A DNA stretch of 64,000 nt from an uncultured Clostridia bacterium. Its GTDB lineage: Bacteria; Bacillota; Clostridia; TANB77; CAG-508. The position numbers and the translations under genes are program-made. Positions 1-9,540 of the stretch are shown piece by piece; the stretch's first letter is position 1, and every line of letters starts with the position of its first letter. The notes beneath the pieces are model-generated. The model ran no database searches, was not told the DNA's origin, and saw only the letters and a program-made list of their open reading frames with translations. The stretch spans positions 1,914 to 65,913 of the forward strand of contig CAKPSH010000006.1 of NCBI GenBank assembly GCA_934183325.1. The letters run 5' to 3'.

Positions 1-506
1 ATGCTTCACAAATCATACATGTTGCTGATGTTTATGATGCTTTAGTTACTAAAAGACATTATACTACTCACGTAAATATCTCTGATACTCTAAATGTATT
101 GGTTAAAGATTCCGAACCTTCTAAAAATATGGTAGCATTTGACGAGCTATCTAGAAATTATCAAGTTGGTAAAATAAATAAAACTGCTCTTAATGCTTTA
201 TTTAAAGTTGTTATTGATGATACCAATTTTGAAATTGCTTCTACTAAAAAATATATAAAAGCATTAAAAAATGATGTTAGTAGACTAGAACAAGTTGAAG
301 ATTTTGATAAACAAAGAAAAAAAGCTAGAACTGAAAAGAAAAAACAATACTTTGAAAATGGTATGAATATATTATTTGCCGATAAAGAAAATAAGGACAA
401 TTATCTTGATGTCCTAAATGATTATAGAAATGCTGTTACTAAAAAGTATGATTTAATTGATAACCTAAATGAAGAAATTAAAGTTTTGAAGAAGTTGAAG
501 GTATAA
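1..506 (+). CDS. HD-GYP/HD-domain protein, C-terminal part. The ORF is open to the window start, so it is 5'-truncated by the window.
   Basis: The frame that continues upstream of the listed ORF (99..506) has no stop back to base 1. It translates to ...IHVADVYDALVTKRHY, which matches the DVYDAL..R.Y signature of HD-GYP phosphodiesterase domains. The tail is coiled-coil-like. Confidence 0.45.
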   Translation, partial: ASQIIHVADVYDALVTKRHYTTHVNISDTLNVLVKDSEPSKNMVAFDELSRNYQVGKINKTALNALFKVVIDDTNFEIASTKKYIKALKNDVSRLEQVEDFDKQRKKARTEKKKQYFENGMNILFADKENKDNYLDVLNDYRNAVTKKYDLIDNLNEEIKVLKKLKV

Positions 507-584
507 TTTGACATAAAGTTAATTTTATATTATAATGGATATATGGGATAAGCTTTATGCTTATATGTATGTCCTCTACCCAAG

Positions 585-897
585 AGGTAACTGGATTTTT
601 AAATCTGGTGATTGTTTTCTTTATAGTCCGGCGTAGCCGGAGAAAAGAGGAAAAGATGAAAAAAAGCGTGAGAGTTGAGATGTGCCCGTATTCTGGTACT
701 ATGTGCCAGTTTAACGTTCCGGGTTGTCCGGGACCTAGGGAGCATGAAAGCTCGGCCCGTGAGGTAATTGTTGGAGTCTCCAACAACCCTGACGGTAAGT
801 GGGATCCTTCCCACTTCGAAAAGCGGATTTGCTGCCATTAATTTGGTAGCATAATCCGGAGAGCCAGGCGACTTTTTAAGCCGCCTGGCTTTTTTTA
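585..897 (+). ncRNA. Candidate structured small RNA, class unassigned. It is ~300 nt and about 50% GC in a ~27% GC background, and it ends in an intrinsic terminator.
   Basis: The local GC spike has several perfect short GC hairpins: UCCGGC-GUA-GCCGGA, GAGC-AUGAAA-GCUC, GUGGGA-UCCU-UCCCAC and UUGGAG-UC-UCCAA. It is followed by the terminator gccaggcg..cgcctggc plus a T7 run at 862-897. The overlapping 60-100 aa ORFs on both strands have no convincing protein signal. Confidence 0.35.
862..897 (+). terminator. Rho-independent terminator at the end of the GC-rich RNA
   Basis: The sequence gccaggcgactttttaagccgcctggc is followed by ttttttt. Confidence 0.6.
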
Positions 898-908
898 TGT
901 TATTTATT

Positions 909-1265
909 TTACTCTAATCCAAAACTTACACCTAATGCATTATTAATCTTATTAATTACTCCTGTATCATTTATATGTCCTATTTTTTCTTTTAATCTGC
1001 TTTTATCTATTGTTCTAATTTGTTCTGTTAATATTACTGAATCTGACTTTAATCCACTATTTTCAGAGCTTATTTTTATGTGTGTTGGTAAATTGTTTTT
1101 TCCAATTTGTGATGTAATTGCAGCAGCAATTACTGTTGGACTATATTTATTTCCAGTATCATTCTGAATTATTAGCACTGGTCTTATTCCGCCTTGTTCA
1201 GAACCTATTACTGGACTTAAATCTGCATAAAACATATCTCCTCTTTTAACTATCATTTTTATCAC
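909..1265 (-). CDS. mazF: MazF/PemK-family endoribonuclease toxin
   Basis: The 118-aa product reads [36 protein letters not shown]...[11 protein letters not shown], a typical PemK/MazF fold signature. An AGGAGTG RBS precedes the start. Confidence 0.85.
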   Translation of the reverse strand: MIKMIVKRGDMFYADLSPVIGSEQGGIRPVLIIQNDTGNKYSPTVIAAAITSQIGKNNLPTHIKISSENSGLKSDSVILTEQIRTIDKSRLKEKIGHINDTGVINKINNALGVSFGLE

Positions 1266-1453
1266 TCCTGATATTACATTAATTGATATTTTAATATTAG
1301 TTTGTATCCTGATTTTTTTATTTGATAGCTTTTACTATATTTAATTAAATAATAAATATTTTTATTTAATTATTTTATTCTATTATTTCTTCTTTGGCAG
1401 TTTTATTAATTGTTATCTCCTTATATAATATGTAAACCAAAGTTTTTTTGTTC

Positions 1454-1993
1454 TCATCCATTATTTCCATTTTTATTGGCAATCCGATTAGTTTTATCTA
1501 ATATCAGTCTTTTGTATTTTGAATATTTATTAGAAGATGTTAAACTTAATATAACTTCGTTATCTTTAATATTTTCATCTATTTTTTCATTTTTACTTTC
1601 TTCTATAAAATTACTTAGACATAAGGAATTATCTATCAAACAATTATAGCCTTCATGCAGTTTAGATAAAGCTAATTTTGAATTTTTTATTTCTAATTCA
1701 TTTCCATCATATATTGTTACAAGACCTTGTATATTTTCTGGTACATTAATTTCTTGTTTGAATAAATTTGGAGCTACATACCATTGATTTATAATATATT
1801 TATTAGTATTCTTATTACTTATTATCTCTACTTCTATTTTTGCCTTATATGAACTAATATTTAAAATATATTGTTTAAAATCTGTAATTGATTTATTTAT
1901 ATTGTTTCCTGTTTTTATTTTTTTATAATAAAAACATAAAATTAATAAGAAAAAAATTAATAAAATTATAACTATATATTTTTTGTTTTTCAT
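1454..1993 (-). CDS. Hypothetical membrane-anchored protein with an N-terminal signal anchor
   Basis: 179 aa. The N-terminal KKYIVIILLIFFLLILCF is hydrophobic. No catalytic motif was recognised. Confidence 0.45.
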   Translation of the reverse strand: MKNKKYIVIILLIFFLLILCFYYKKIKTGNNINKSITDFKQYILNISSYKAKIEVEIISNKNTNKYIINQWYVAPNLFKQEINVPENIQGLVTIYDGNELEIKNSKLALSKLHEGYNCLIDNSLCLSNFIEESKNEKIDENIKDNEVILSLTSSNKYSKYKRLILDKTNRIANKNGNNG

Positions 1994-2032
1994 ACTTTTT
2001 ATCCTTTATACTTAAAATTGGGTTGCTATTAC

Positions 2033-3028
2033 TTAGCAACCCAACTTATTTATATTAACTATATTTTCAAAATATTCTTTTAAATAATTTTCTAATTCAT
2101 TTTTATCAGTAATTTTATTTATTTTTTCTCTTGCTTCTGCACTTCTAGGCATTCCTTTTAAATATGAAGATATATGTTTTCTCATCTCTTTTATTCCTAT
2201 TTTTTCTCCTTTGGTCTTTATTTCTAATTCAATATGTCTTATTATTATATTTAAAATTTCTTCATATTTTGGTTCTTGATATTGTTCATTTTTCAAATAT
2301 TGTTGTACTTCTTTAAAGATAAAAGGTTTTCCTATACTTGCTCTTCCTATCATTATTCCATCTACTCCTGTATATTCAAACATCCTTTTAGCACTTTCGC
2401 CATCAATAATATCTCCATTTCCAATTACAGGAATCTTTACAGCATCTTTTACTTGTTTTATTATATCTAAATCGCTTTTTCCAGAATAATATTCTGTTCT
2501 CGTCCTTCCATGTATTGTAATTGCACTTGCTCCTGCCTGTTCAAATACTTTGGCCGCTTCAATTGCAACAATATTATCTGCATCCCATCCTTTTCTAAAT
2601 TTAACGGTTACTGGATGTTCTGCTACTCTTACAACTTCTTTTACTATTTTTCCTGCTAATTCTAAATCTAAAAGTAATCTACTTCCATCTCCATTTTTTA
2701 CAACTTTTGGTGCTGGGCATCCCATATTTATATCAATTATATCTGCTATTCCATTCAAGAAATTTGTGGCATATACCATTGATTCTATGTCACTGCCAAA
2801 GATTTGCATAGATATAGGTCTTTTTTCTCCTTCTGTATTTAGCAAAAGTTTTGTTTTTTCATCTCCATAAAATAAAGCTTTTGCACTTACCATTTCTGTA
2901 CACACCAATCCAGGATTATATTGTTTGCAAATAATTCTAAATGGTAAATCGGTAATCCCTGCCATTGGTGCTAATATTATATTATTTTCTAGTTCTATAT
3001 TTCCTATTTTTAGTTTGTGTATATACAT
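2033..3028 (-). CDS. dusB: tRNA-dihydrouridine synthase (DusB family)
   Basis: 331 aa with LAPMAGITDLPFR, an NMGCPAPKV active-site Cys region, and a TIM-barrel Dus signature. Confidence 0.85.
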   Translation of the reverse strand: MYIHKLKIGNIELENNIILAPMAGITDLPFRIICKQYNPGLVCTEMVSAKALFYGDEKTKLLLNTEGEKRPISMQIFGSDIESMVYATNFLNGIADIIDINMGCPAPKVVKNGDGSRLLLDLELAGKIVKEVVRVAEHPVTVKFRKGWDADNIVAIEAAKVFEQAGASAITIHGRTRTEYYSGKSDLDIIKQVKDAVKIPVIGNGDIIDGESAKRMFEYTGVDGIMIGRASIGKPFIFKEVQQYLKNEQYQEPKYEEILNIIIRHIELEIKTKGEKIGIKEMRKHISSYLKGMPRSAEAREKINKITDKNELENYLKEYFENIVNINKLGC

Positions 3029-3089
3029 TTAATCCTCCAAATAAAATGGAGCATGTTTTTTATTTTTTCCATGCTCCCTTTTGTTTAAT

Positions 3090-4214
3090 TTATTCAACAA
3101 ATAATGTTTTCTTTCGTCTTCCACTAATATTTAGCAATAATCCTATACAAATAAAGTTAGTTATAAGTGAACTTCCTCCATAACTTACAAATGGAAGAGG
3201 TACACCTGTTATTGGTAAAAGTCCCATTGTCATTCCTATATTTTCAAGCATATGAAATGTAAATACTCCACAAATCCCAACGGCTATATAAGTACCAACC
3301 TCATCTTTTGCTGTTTTTGCTACATATATTGCTTTAGTTATTAACCATACATATAAAATTATAACTGCTGCTGCTATAACAAATCCTAGTTCTTCTCCTA
3401 TTACTGAGAATATGAAATCTGTCGTTTTAGGATATAGGTATCCTAATTGTGTTTGATTTCCTTTTAATAATCCCATACCTAATAGTTTTCCAGAGCCAAT
3501 TGCAAGTTTTGATTGAATTACATTATATCCTGCTCCTCTTGGATCTAGCTCTGGATTTAAAAATACATCAATTCTTGTCTTAGCGTGATTTGGTAATACA
3601 TATGTATATGCTAAGGGTACTGCAACAATAATTGCTACTAATGCTAAAATAATTATTTTTTTATCTATTCCTGCAATAAACATCATAAAAATATAAGCAA
3701 ATATGAATGCCATTAAAGTTCCATAATCAGGTTGTAGTACAATTAATCCTGCAGGAATTGCAAGTATTATTCCTGTAATTAATAATTTCCAAAATTTATT
3801 TATCTCTCGTTTATCACCATTTTGAAGTTTCTGAATAATAAAAGCTAGAAACACTATAAATATAACTTTTGCAAACTCACTTGGTTGAAATGTCATCCAG
3901 TCATTAATTTTAAACCAACTGGTTGCTCCGTTTACTGGTTCTGTAAACAGAACTGCTATCAGTCCAATTATAAATATACCATAAAATACTGGAGATATTT
4001 TTGCAATTGTATTATAGTCCACTAACATTACTATTATCATTATAGGTATACTAACAGCTGTCCAAACAATTTGCTTTTTCAACTCCACATTTCCGGTCTC
4101 TTTTGTAGCAGAATATAGAGCTACCATACCTATTAGTAATAATATTAAACAGCTTATTAATATACTCCATTCAATATTTTTTAAATATTTATTCTTCATT
4201 CTTTTTACTCTCAC
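3090..4214 (-). CDS. rodA: SEDS-family peptidoglycan glycosyltransferase RodA/FtsW
   Basis: 374 aa, polytopic, with GEELGF and PFVSYGGSS SEDS motifs. Confidence 0.85.
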   Translation of the reverse strand: MRVKRMKNKYLKNIEWSILISCLILLLIGMVALYSATKETGNVELKKQIVWTAVSIPIMIIVMLVDYNTIAKISPVFYGIFIIGLIAVLFTEPVNGATSWFKINDWMTFQPSEFAKVIFIVFLAFIIQKLQNGDKREINKFWKLLITGIILAIPAGLIVLQPDYGTLMAFIFAYIFMMFIAGIDKKIIILALVAIIVAVPLAYTYVLPNHAKTRIDVFLNPELDPRGAGYNVIQSKLAIGSGKLLGMGLLKGNQTQLGYLYPKTTDFIFSVIGEELGFVIAAAVIILYVWLITKAIYVAKTAKDEVGTYIAVGICGVFTFHMLENIGMTMGLLPITGVPLPFVSYGGSSLITNFICIGLLLNISGRRKKTLFVE

Positions 4215-4623
4215 TCTTTATTTCTTCTTTAGTTTTTTCAACTTGAGTTTCTGCAATTATTTGTTTAGCCTCTTCTATTATTTCTTTTTCTTCTTCAACT
4301 TTTTTATTTTCTTTTACTCTTGCTTCTTGTTTTATATTAACAATTGGAATATTTGCATATAATGCCGGTGCTCCTGTTGTTCCATCTGTGTTCTGTTTAT
4401 TCGTTAATCTAACATCTATTGCACTTTCATCTACTTCAATATATTTTTTAATAACATCTATTATCTCTTGTTTCATCAAGTCTAAAAAGTCAGCTGAAAC
4501 ATTTGCTCTATCTTGCATTAATACTAAATGTAATCTTTCCTTTGCTGCTTCTTTTGAATTGTTTGTATTATTTTTTTCTGACTTTTTCATGTTTTTAAAA
4601 AAACTTATAATGTTTTCAAACAT
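4189..4623 (-). CDS. minE: Cell division topological specificity factor MinE, with a C-terminal charged extension
   Basis: It has the N-terminal membrane-targeting region and the AKERLHLVLMQDR MinE core. It lies directly downstream of minD. Confidence 0.7.
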   Translation of the reverse strand: MFENIISFFKNMKKSEKNNTNNSKEAAKERLHLVLMQDRANVSADFLDLMKQEIIDVIKKYIEVDESAIDVRLTNKQNTDGTTGAPALYANIPIVNIKQEARVKENKKVEEEKEIIEEAKQIIAETQVEKTKEEIKSESKKNEE

Positions 4624-4649
4624 GTTTCATTCCACCTTTTCTGTTTACT

Positions 4650-5444
4650 CTATTTTATTCCAAACATTCTTTTTAGTTTGGCTAAGAAACCTTTTTCTCT
4701 TCCTGGAATACTTACCTCTATATTTTCTCCTAAAATTCTTTTTGCAATTTCTCTATATGCTTTTCCTGATGGAGCTTTTTTATTTGAAACTACAGGTTCT
4801 CCTTTGTTTGTTTGTGTAATAATGTATTCATCGTCTGGTACCACACCAGTAAGATCTATTGATAATAAATCAACTATATCTTCAACATCCATCATTTCAC
4901 CTTTTTTTACCATATTTGGTCTTAGTCTGTTTATTACTAACTCAGGATTTTTTATTTCAGATGCTTCAAGAAGTCCTATAATTCTATCTGCATCCCTTAT
5001 TGATGATATCTCTGCTGTTGTTACAACTATTGCTCTATCTGCTCCTGCAATTGCATTTTTAAATCCTTGTTCAATTCCTGCAGGACAATCTATTATTATG
5101 TAATCAAATTCTTCTTTTAATTTATTGGTAAGTTCTCTCATTTGCTCTTCATTTACTGCACTTTTATCTCTTGTTTGAGCAGCTGGAAGCAAAAATAATT
5201 CATCAAAACGTTTATCTTTTATAAGTGCTTGTCTTATTTTACATCTTTCTTCTACAACATCAACAATATCATAAACAATTCTATTTTCAAGTCCCATTAC
5301 AACATCTAGATTTCTTAAACCAATGTCTGTATCAATCAAAGCAACTTTTTTTCCTTCTAGTGCTAATGATGCACCTAAATTTGCTGTTGTTGTTGTCTTT
5401 CCTACTCCACCTTTTCCTGATGTTATTACTATAACTTCTCCCAT
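4650..5444 (-). CDS. minD: Septum site-determining ATPase MinD
   Basis: 264 aa with a GKGGVGKTTTTANLG deviant Walker A. Confidence 0.9.
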   Translation of the reverse strand: MGEVIVITSGKGGVGKTTTTANLGASLALEGKKVALIDTDIGLRNLDVVMGLENRIVYDIVDVVEERCKIRQALIKDKRFDELFLLPAAQTRDKSAVNEEQMRELTNKLKEEFDYIIIDCPAGIEQGFKNAIAGADRAIVVTTAEISSIRDADRIIGLLEASEIKNPELVINRLRPNMVKKGEMMDVEDIVDLLSIDLTGVVPDDEYIITQTNKGEPVVSNKKAPSGKAYREIAKRILGENIEVSIPGREKGFLAKLKRMFGIK

Positions 5445-5809
5445 GTTTTATATCATTCCTTCCTTTAAAGTTATAAATCTTGTAAATTATTTTCGCTTTT
5501 ATATCTATTTTTAACTTTATCTTAAGAATATTTTCTATTTGCTTTTGTAGTAATTTTTATTTTTATATCATATATTAAATTTCGTTAAAAGTCAATGACT
5601 TTTGACATATAACTTAATCTATTTTTGGCATATAGCTTAATTTATTTTGAGTTTTTATTATAGTTTAATTTTTACAATTTTTGTTATATGAATTTATATT
5701 TTTTTCTATATAAACGCTCGGTCATTTTCCTTGACATTCAACTGTTTTCATACTATACTGTACTTGTTGAAAAAACAGAATTTATAAAAAAGGAGGTCTT
5801 CTTTTTAAA

Positions 5810-6388
5810 ATGAAAGATTTAATCGAAATTAGATGGCATGGTCGTGGTGGTCAAGGTGCAAAAACAGCATCTCTTTTACTTGCAGATGCTGCATTTAATA
5901 CAGGTAAATATATTCAAGGTTTCCCTGAATATGGTCCAGAAAGAATGGGTGCTCCTATAACAGCTTATAATCGTATTAGTACTAAACCTATTACAATTCA
6001 TAGCAATATTTATGAACCTGATTATGTTGTCGTTGTAGATGATACACTTCTTGAAACTGTTGATGTTACTTCAGGCCTAAAAGAAGATGGTGCTATTGTT
6101 ATTAATACATCTAAGGATGCTGATTATATAAAACAATCTTTAAAAGGTTATAAAGGTGATATTTATACAATTGATGCAAGAAAAATTTCACTTGAAGCTC
6201 TTGGTAGATATTTTCCTAATACTCCAATGCTAGCTGCTATAGTTCATGTTACAGGTATTATGAAGGACGATGAATTTTTAAATGATATGCAAGGTTCTTT
6301 TAAACATAAATTTGCTAAAAAACCTGAAGTTATTGATGGTAATATGAAAGCTTTGGAAATAGCTTTAAAGGAAGTTAATAAAATTTAA
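5810..6388 (+). CDS. porC: 2-oxoacid:ferredoxin oxidoreductase gamma subunit
   Basis: 192 aa with GRGGQGAKTAS, a POR_C family signature. Confidence 0.8.
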   Translation: MKDLIEIRWHGRGGQGAKTASLLLADAAFNTGKYIQGFPEYGPERMGAPITAYNRISTKPITIHSNIYEPDYVVVVDDTLLETVDVTSGLKEDGAIVINTSKDADYIKQSLKGYKGDIYTIDARKISLEALGRYFPNTPMLAAIVHVTGIMKDDEFLNDMQGSFKHKFAKKPEVIDGNMKALEIALKEVNKI

Positions 6389-6416
6389 TTTTATTTTATA
6401 GAAAGGACGTGAAATT

Positions 6417-6695
6417 ATGATAGATAAAAATACTCCTGCTAAAGATTTAACACCTGGCGGTGATATTTACGAGGCTGGAAATTCTATAGAATTTAAAACT
6501 GGTGATTGGCGTTCAACAACACCAAAGTTCATACCAGAAAATTGTAAACAATGTGGACTATGTTTTCCTGTATGTCCAGATGATGCTATTCCTGTTGGAA
6601 AAGATCAAAAAAGAGGAAATTTTAATTATGATTATTGCAAAGGTTGCGGAATTTGTGCAAAAGTTTGCCCTTTTAAAGCAATTATTATGGAATAA
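6417..6695 (+). CDS. porD: 2-oxoacid:ferredoxin oxidoreductase delta subunit (2x[4Fe-4S] ferredoxin)
   Basis: It carries two CxxCxxCxxxCP clusters: CKQCGLCFPVCP and CKGCGICAKVCP. Confidence 0.8.
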   Translation: MIDKNTPAKDLTPGGDIYEAGNSIEFKTGDWRSTTPKFIPENCKQCGLCFPVCPDDAIPVGKDQKRGNFNYDYCKGCGICAKVCPFKAIIME

Positions 6696-6713
6696 TTAAT
6701 TTATAGAAAGGAT

Positions 6714-7904
6714 TTGATAAATATGTCAATAAGAGAAAGACTAAGTGGTAATGAAGCTGCTGCAATAGCTATGAAACAAATTAATCCAGATGTTGTTGCT
6801 GCTTTCCCTATAACACCATCTACAGAAATTCCTCAATATTTTTCTACATTTGTTAGTAATGGTCAAGTAGATACAGAATTTGTAGCTGTCGAGAGTGAAC
6901 ATAGTGCTATGAGTGCTTGTATAGGTGCAGAAGCAGCTGGTTCTAGAGCTATGACTGCTACATCTGCAAATGGTTTATCTTTAATGTGGGAAATGGTATA
7001 TATTGCTTCTAGTTTGAGACTACCAATTGTAATGAGTCTTGTTAATAGAGCTGTCTCAGGACCATTAAATATACATAATGATCATTCTGATGCTATGGGG
7101 GTTAGAGATGCTGGATGGATTATGCTATTTTCTGAAAATAACCAAGAAGCTTATGATAATTTACTTATGGCTCATAGAATTGCAGAACATAAAGATGTTT
7201 TATTGCCTTTAATGGTATGTCAAGATGGTTTTATTACCTCACACTCTATTGAAAATATAGAATTATTAGAAGATGATAAGGTTAAAGATTTTGTTGGTAA
7301 ATATAATCCTGCTCATTATCTTTTAAATAAAAAAGAACCGATTGCCATTGGTCCTTTAGATTTACAAGCTTATTTATTTGAGCATAAATACCAACAAGCA
7401 GAAGCAATGAGAAATGCAAAAAATGTTATTTTAGAGGTTTCTAAAGACTTTGAAAAATTAACAGGAAGAAAATATTCTTTATTTGAAGAATACAAATTAG
7501 ATGATGCAGAATATGTAGTTATTTGTATGAACTCCACAGCTGGTACTACAAAAGCTGTTGTTGATGATTTAAGAAGTAAGGGTATTAAAGCTGGACTATT
7601 AAAAGTTCGTGTATTTAGACCTTTCCCTGCAGAAGAAATTGCAAAAGCTCTTTCAAATGCTAAAGCAATAGCAGTTCTTGATAAAGCAGATTCTTTAAAT
7701 GGAGCTGGTGGTGCTTTATTTGAAGATGTAGTATCTGGAATGTATTTAAATAAAAATACTACGCCTGTTGTTAATTATGTATATGGTATTGGTGGTAGAG
7801 ATACAACTACAAAACAAATTGCTGAGGTATATTCTGATTTACAAAAAATTGCCAGTGATGGTATTGTAAAAGATCCATATAGATATTTAGGACTAAGAAA
7901 ATAA
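6714..7904 (+). CDS. porA: 2-oxoacid:ferredoxin oxidoreductase alpha subunit
   Basis: 396 aa. It sits in the operon between the delta and beta subunits and has transketolase-like Pyr and C-terminal domains. Confidence 0.85.
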   Translation: MINMSIRERLSGNEAAAIAMKQINPDVVAAFPITPSTEIPQYFSTFVSNGQVDTEFVAVESEHSAMSACIGAEAAGSRAMTATSANGLSLMWEMVYIASSLRLPIVMSLVNRAVSGPLNIHNDHSDAMGVRDAGWIMLFSENNQEAYDNLLMAHRIAEHKDVLLPLMVCQDGFITSHSIENIELLEDDKVKDFVGKYNPAHYLLNKKEPIAIGPLDLQAYLFEHKYQQAEAMRNAKNVILEVSKDFEKLTGRKYSLFEEYKLDDAEYVVICMNSTAGTTKAVVDDLRSKGIKAGLLKVRVFRPFPAEEIAKALSNAKAIAVLDKADSLNGAGGALFEDVVSGMYLNKNTTPVVNYVYGIGGRDTTTKQIAEVYSDLQKIASDGIVKDPYRYLGLRK

Positions 7905-7922
7905 TGAAGGGAGATATGAAAA

Positions 7923-8873
7923 ATGGCATATAATTTAAAAGAAATAATAGCAGATAAACCTTCTCGTTTTAAAGCTGGTCATAGAATGTGTGCTGGTTGT
8001 GGTGCACCTTCTGTTGCAAGAATGGTTTTAAGAGCTTTAAAAAATGAAGATCATGCTGTAATTGCTAACGCAACAGGTTGTATGGAAGTTTCTACATTTA
8101 TATATCCATATACAGCTTGGGCTGATTCTTATATACACACTGCATTTGAATGTGCTGCTGCAACTCTAAGTGGTTGTGAAGCTGCTTATCGTTCAATGAA
8201 AAAGCAAGGAAAACTTCCACAAGATGGCGATACTAAATTCATCGCTTTTGGTGGTGATGGTGGTACTTATGATATAGGGCTTCAAAGTTTATCTGGTGCA
8301 ATGGAAAGAGGACACGATATGGTTTATGTATGCTATGATAATGGTGCATATATGAATACTGGTATTCAACGTTCCTCTGCTACACCTCAGTTTGCAGATA
8401 CTACAACAACTCCTGCTGGAAAAGTTATTCCTGGCAAAATGCAAAAAAGAAAAGATCTAACTGAAATAATGGTTGGACATCATATTCCTTATGTTGCTCA
8501 ATCAATTGGTATAAATAATTTTAAGGATTTATATGAAAAATCTGAAAAGGCAATATATACTGAAGGTCCAGCATTTTTAAATGTTCTTGCACCTTGTCCA
8601 AGAGGTTGGGGTTATCCAACAGAAGATTTAATGTCTATAAATAAACTTGCTGTTGATACTTGTTATTGGCCTTTATATGAAGTAATTGATGGTGTATATA
8701 AGATTAATTATAAACCGGCTAAAAAATTGCCTATAGAGGATTTTTTAAAGCCTCAAAGGAGATTTAAACATTTATTTAAACCTGGTAATGAATGGATGAT
8801 TGAAGCCTTCCAAAAAGAAGTAGATGAAAGATGGGAAAGTCTTTTAAAACTTGAAGAAATTACAAATAGATAA
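7923..8873 (+). CDS. porB: 2-oxoacid:ferredoxin oxidoreductase beta subunit (TPP-binding)
   Basis: 316 aa with a GGDGG..YD TPP-binding motif and a CAGCG region. Confidence 0.85.
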   Translation: MAYNLKEIIADKPSRFKAGHRMCAGCGAPSVARMVLRALKNEDHAVIANATGCMEVSTFIYPYTAWADSYIHTAFECAAATLSGCEAAYRSMKKQGKLPQDGDTKFIAFGGDGGTYDIGLQSLSGAMERGHDMVYVCYDNGAYMNTGIQRSSATPQFADTTTTPAGKVIPGKMQKRKDLTEIMVGHHIPYVAQSIGINNFKDLYEKSEKAIYTEGPAFLNVLAPCPRGWGYPTEDLMSINKLAVDTCYWPLYEVIDGVYKINYKPAKKLPIEDFLKPQRRFKHLFKPGNEWMIEAFQKEVDERWESLLKLEEITNR

Positions 8874-8884
8874 ATATTAAAACA

Positions 8885-8925
8885 AATGCGGAGCTCACTT
8901 ACGTGAGCCCCGCATTATTGCATTT
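8885..8925. terminator. Bidirectional intrinsic terminator between the por operon and the GC-rich gene
   Basis: The hairpin aatgcggagctcac-ttac-gtgagccccgcatt is flanked by T/A runs on both sides. Confidence 0.5.
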
Positions 8926-8945
8926 TAGGAGCTTTACAGATCAGA

Positions 8946-9371
8946 TTACTTCAGCTTACTTGCCCGCTTTGCGAGCTCGTTTGCACGCCGGCTTTTCTGG
9001 ACCTGCTTATCGCTGCTTGTTGCCACCTTCTTGGTGCCATGCTTCTTGTCGTCCGCTTTACGCTTCTGAACATTTTTCTGAGCGATGGCAGCTTTTTCTT
9101 TGAGCTGGCGCTTTTTACGTGCGTTTGCCTTGCGACGCTTAGCACGCATCTTGCCGTTCTTCTCACGGGTGACAACAATCTTCTCATCACCCAGCTGAAT
9201 GACAACTTCAGGTTTTTCTTCGCTGTCTTCACGGTCCTCACAGGACTCGGCAAAGAAGTTATAGATGGCACAAGAGACGCTTCTGATCATCTCGTCTGTA
9301 TTCATCTCTCCTTCCATGGGCATTGCTTTCTCGTGCATTTCCTCGTTCTGATTCATGATTTTTCCTTTCAT
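8946..9371 (-). CDS. Hypothetical K/R-rich protein (141 aa) encoded in a 0.5 kb GC-rich insert
   Basis: This is the longest ORF in a segment (8926-9420) whose GC content is roughly double that of its surroundings. It has an acidic N-terminal half and a lysine/arginine-rich C-terminus (KRRKANARKKRQLKEK...). Terminators flank it on both sides. Confidence 0.4.
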   Translation of the reverse strand: MKGKIMNQNEEMHEKAMPMEGEMNTDEMIRSVSCAIYNFFAESCEDREDSEEKPEVVIQLGDEKIVVTREKNGKMRAKRRKANARKKRQLKEKAAIAQKNVQKRKADDKKHGTKKVATSSDKQVQKSRRANELAKRASKLK

Positions 9372-9540
9372 GCTTGCGAAACACTACATACAATGTTTGT
9401 GCTTCTGGTGTGATTATTCGAACGCATCTATTATATTGTATTTTACATAACTTGTCAACATTTTAATTTAAATACAATAAATTAATTAATACTTTTTTAT
9501 AAAACTCATAGTTTTTATTAATATGCATGCTTATTAAATA

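Noticed and set aside
161-841. Small ORFs 161..400 -, 478..786 -, 557..841 +, 599..838 -
   Set aside because: They are antisense to, or overlap, the HD-GYP gene tail or the structured RNA. Their composition is low-complexity or GC-driven, and they have no RBS.
560-897. Calling the GC-rich RNA RNase P, tmRNA or SRP RNA
   Set aside because: There is an AGUCCGG segment and a GUGCCAG..UAACG..CCGGG segment that loosely resemble RNase P pieces. However, the universal P4 GGAAAGUCCGGGCUCC core and the matching 3' CCGGCUUA partner are absent, and the length is too short. There are no tRNA-like termini, which excludes tmRNA. There is no GGAAGCAGC helix-8 motif, which excludes SRP.
2276-5514. Many 60-140 aa ORFs antisense to dusB, rodA, minE and minD (e.g. 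2276..2470, 2550..2870, 4388..4819, 4678..5103)
   Set aside because: They sit entirely inside well-supported genes on the opposite strand. AT-rich antisense ORFs are expected by chance.
5445-5809. Expectation of minC upstream of minD
   Set aside because: No ORF of appropriate size is present there. The region is a divergent promoter. minC is presumably elsewhere or absent. This is noted only as context.
8903-9271. Alternative ORFs in the GC-rich insert (8903..9103 +, 8951..9271 -, 9039..9413 +)
   Set aside because: They overlap the longer 8946..9371 minus ORF. GC-rich DNA yields long spurious ORFs in all frames. Only the longest one, with a coherent charge pattern, was kept, and at low confidence.
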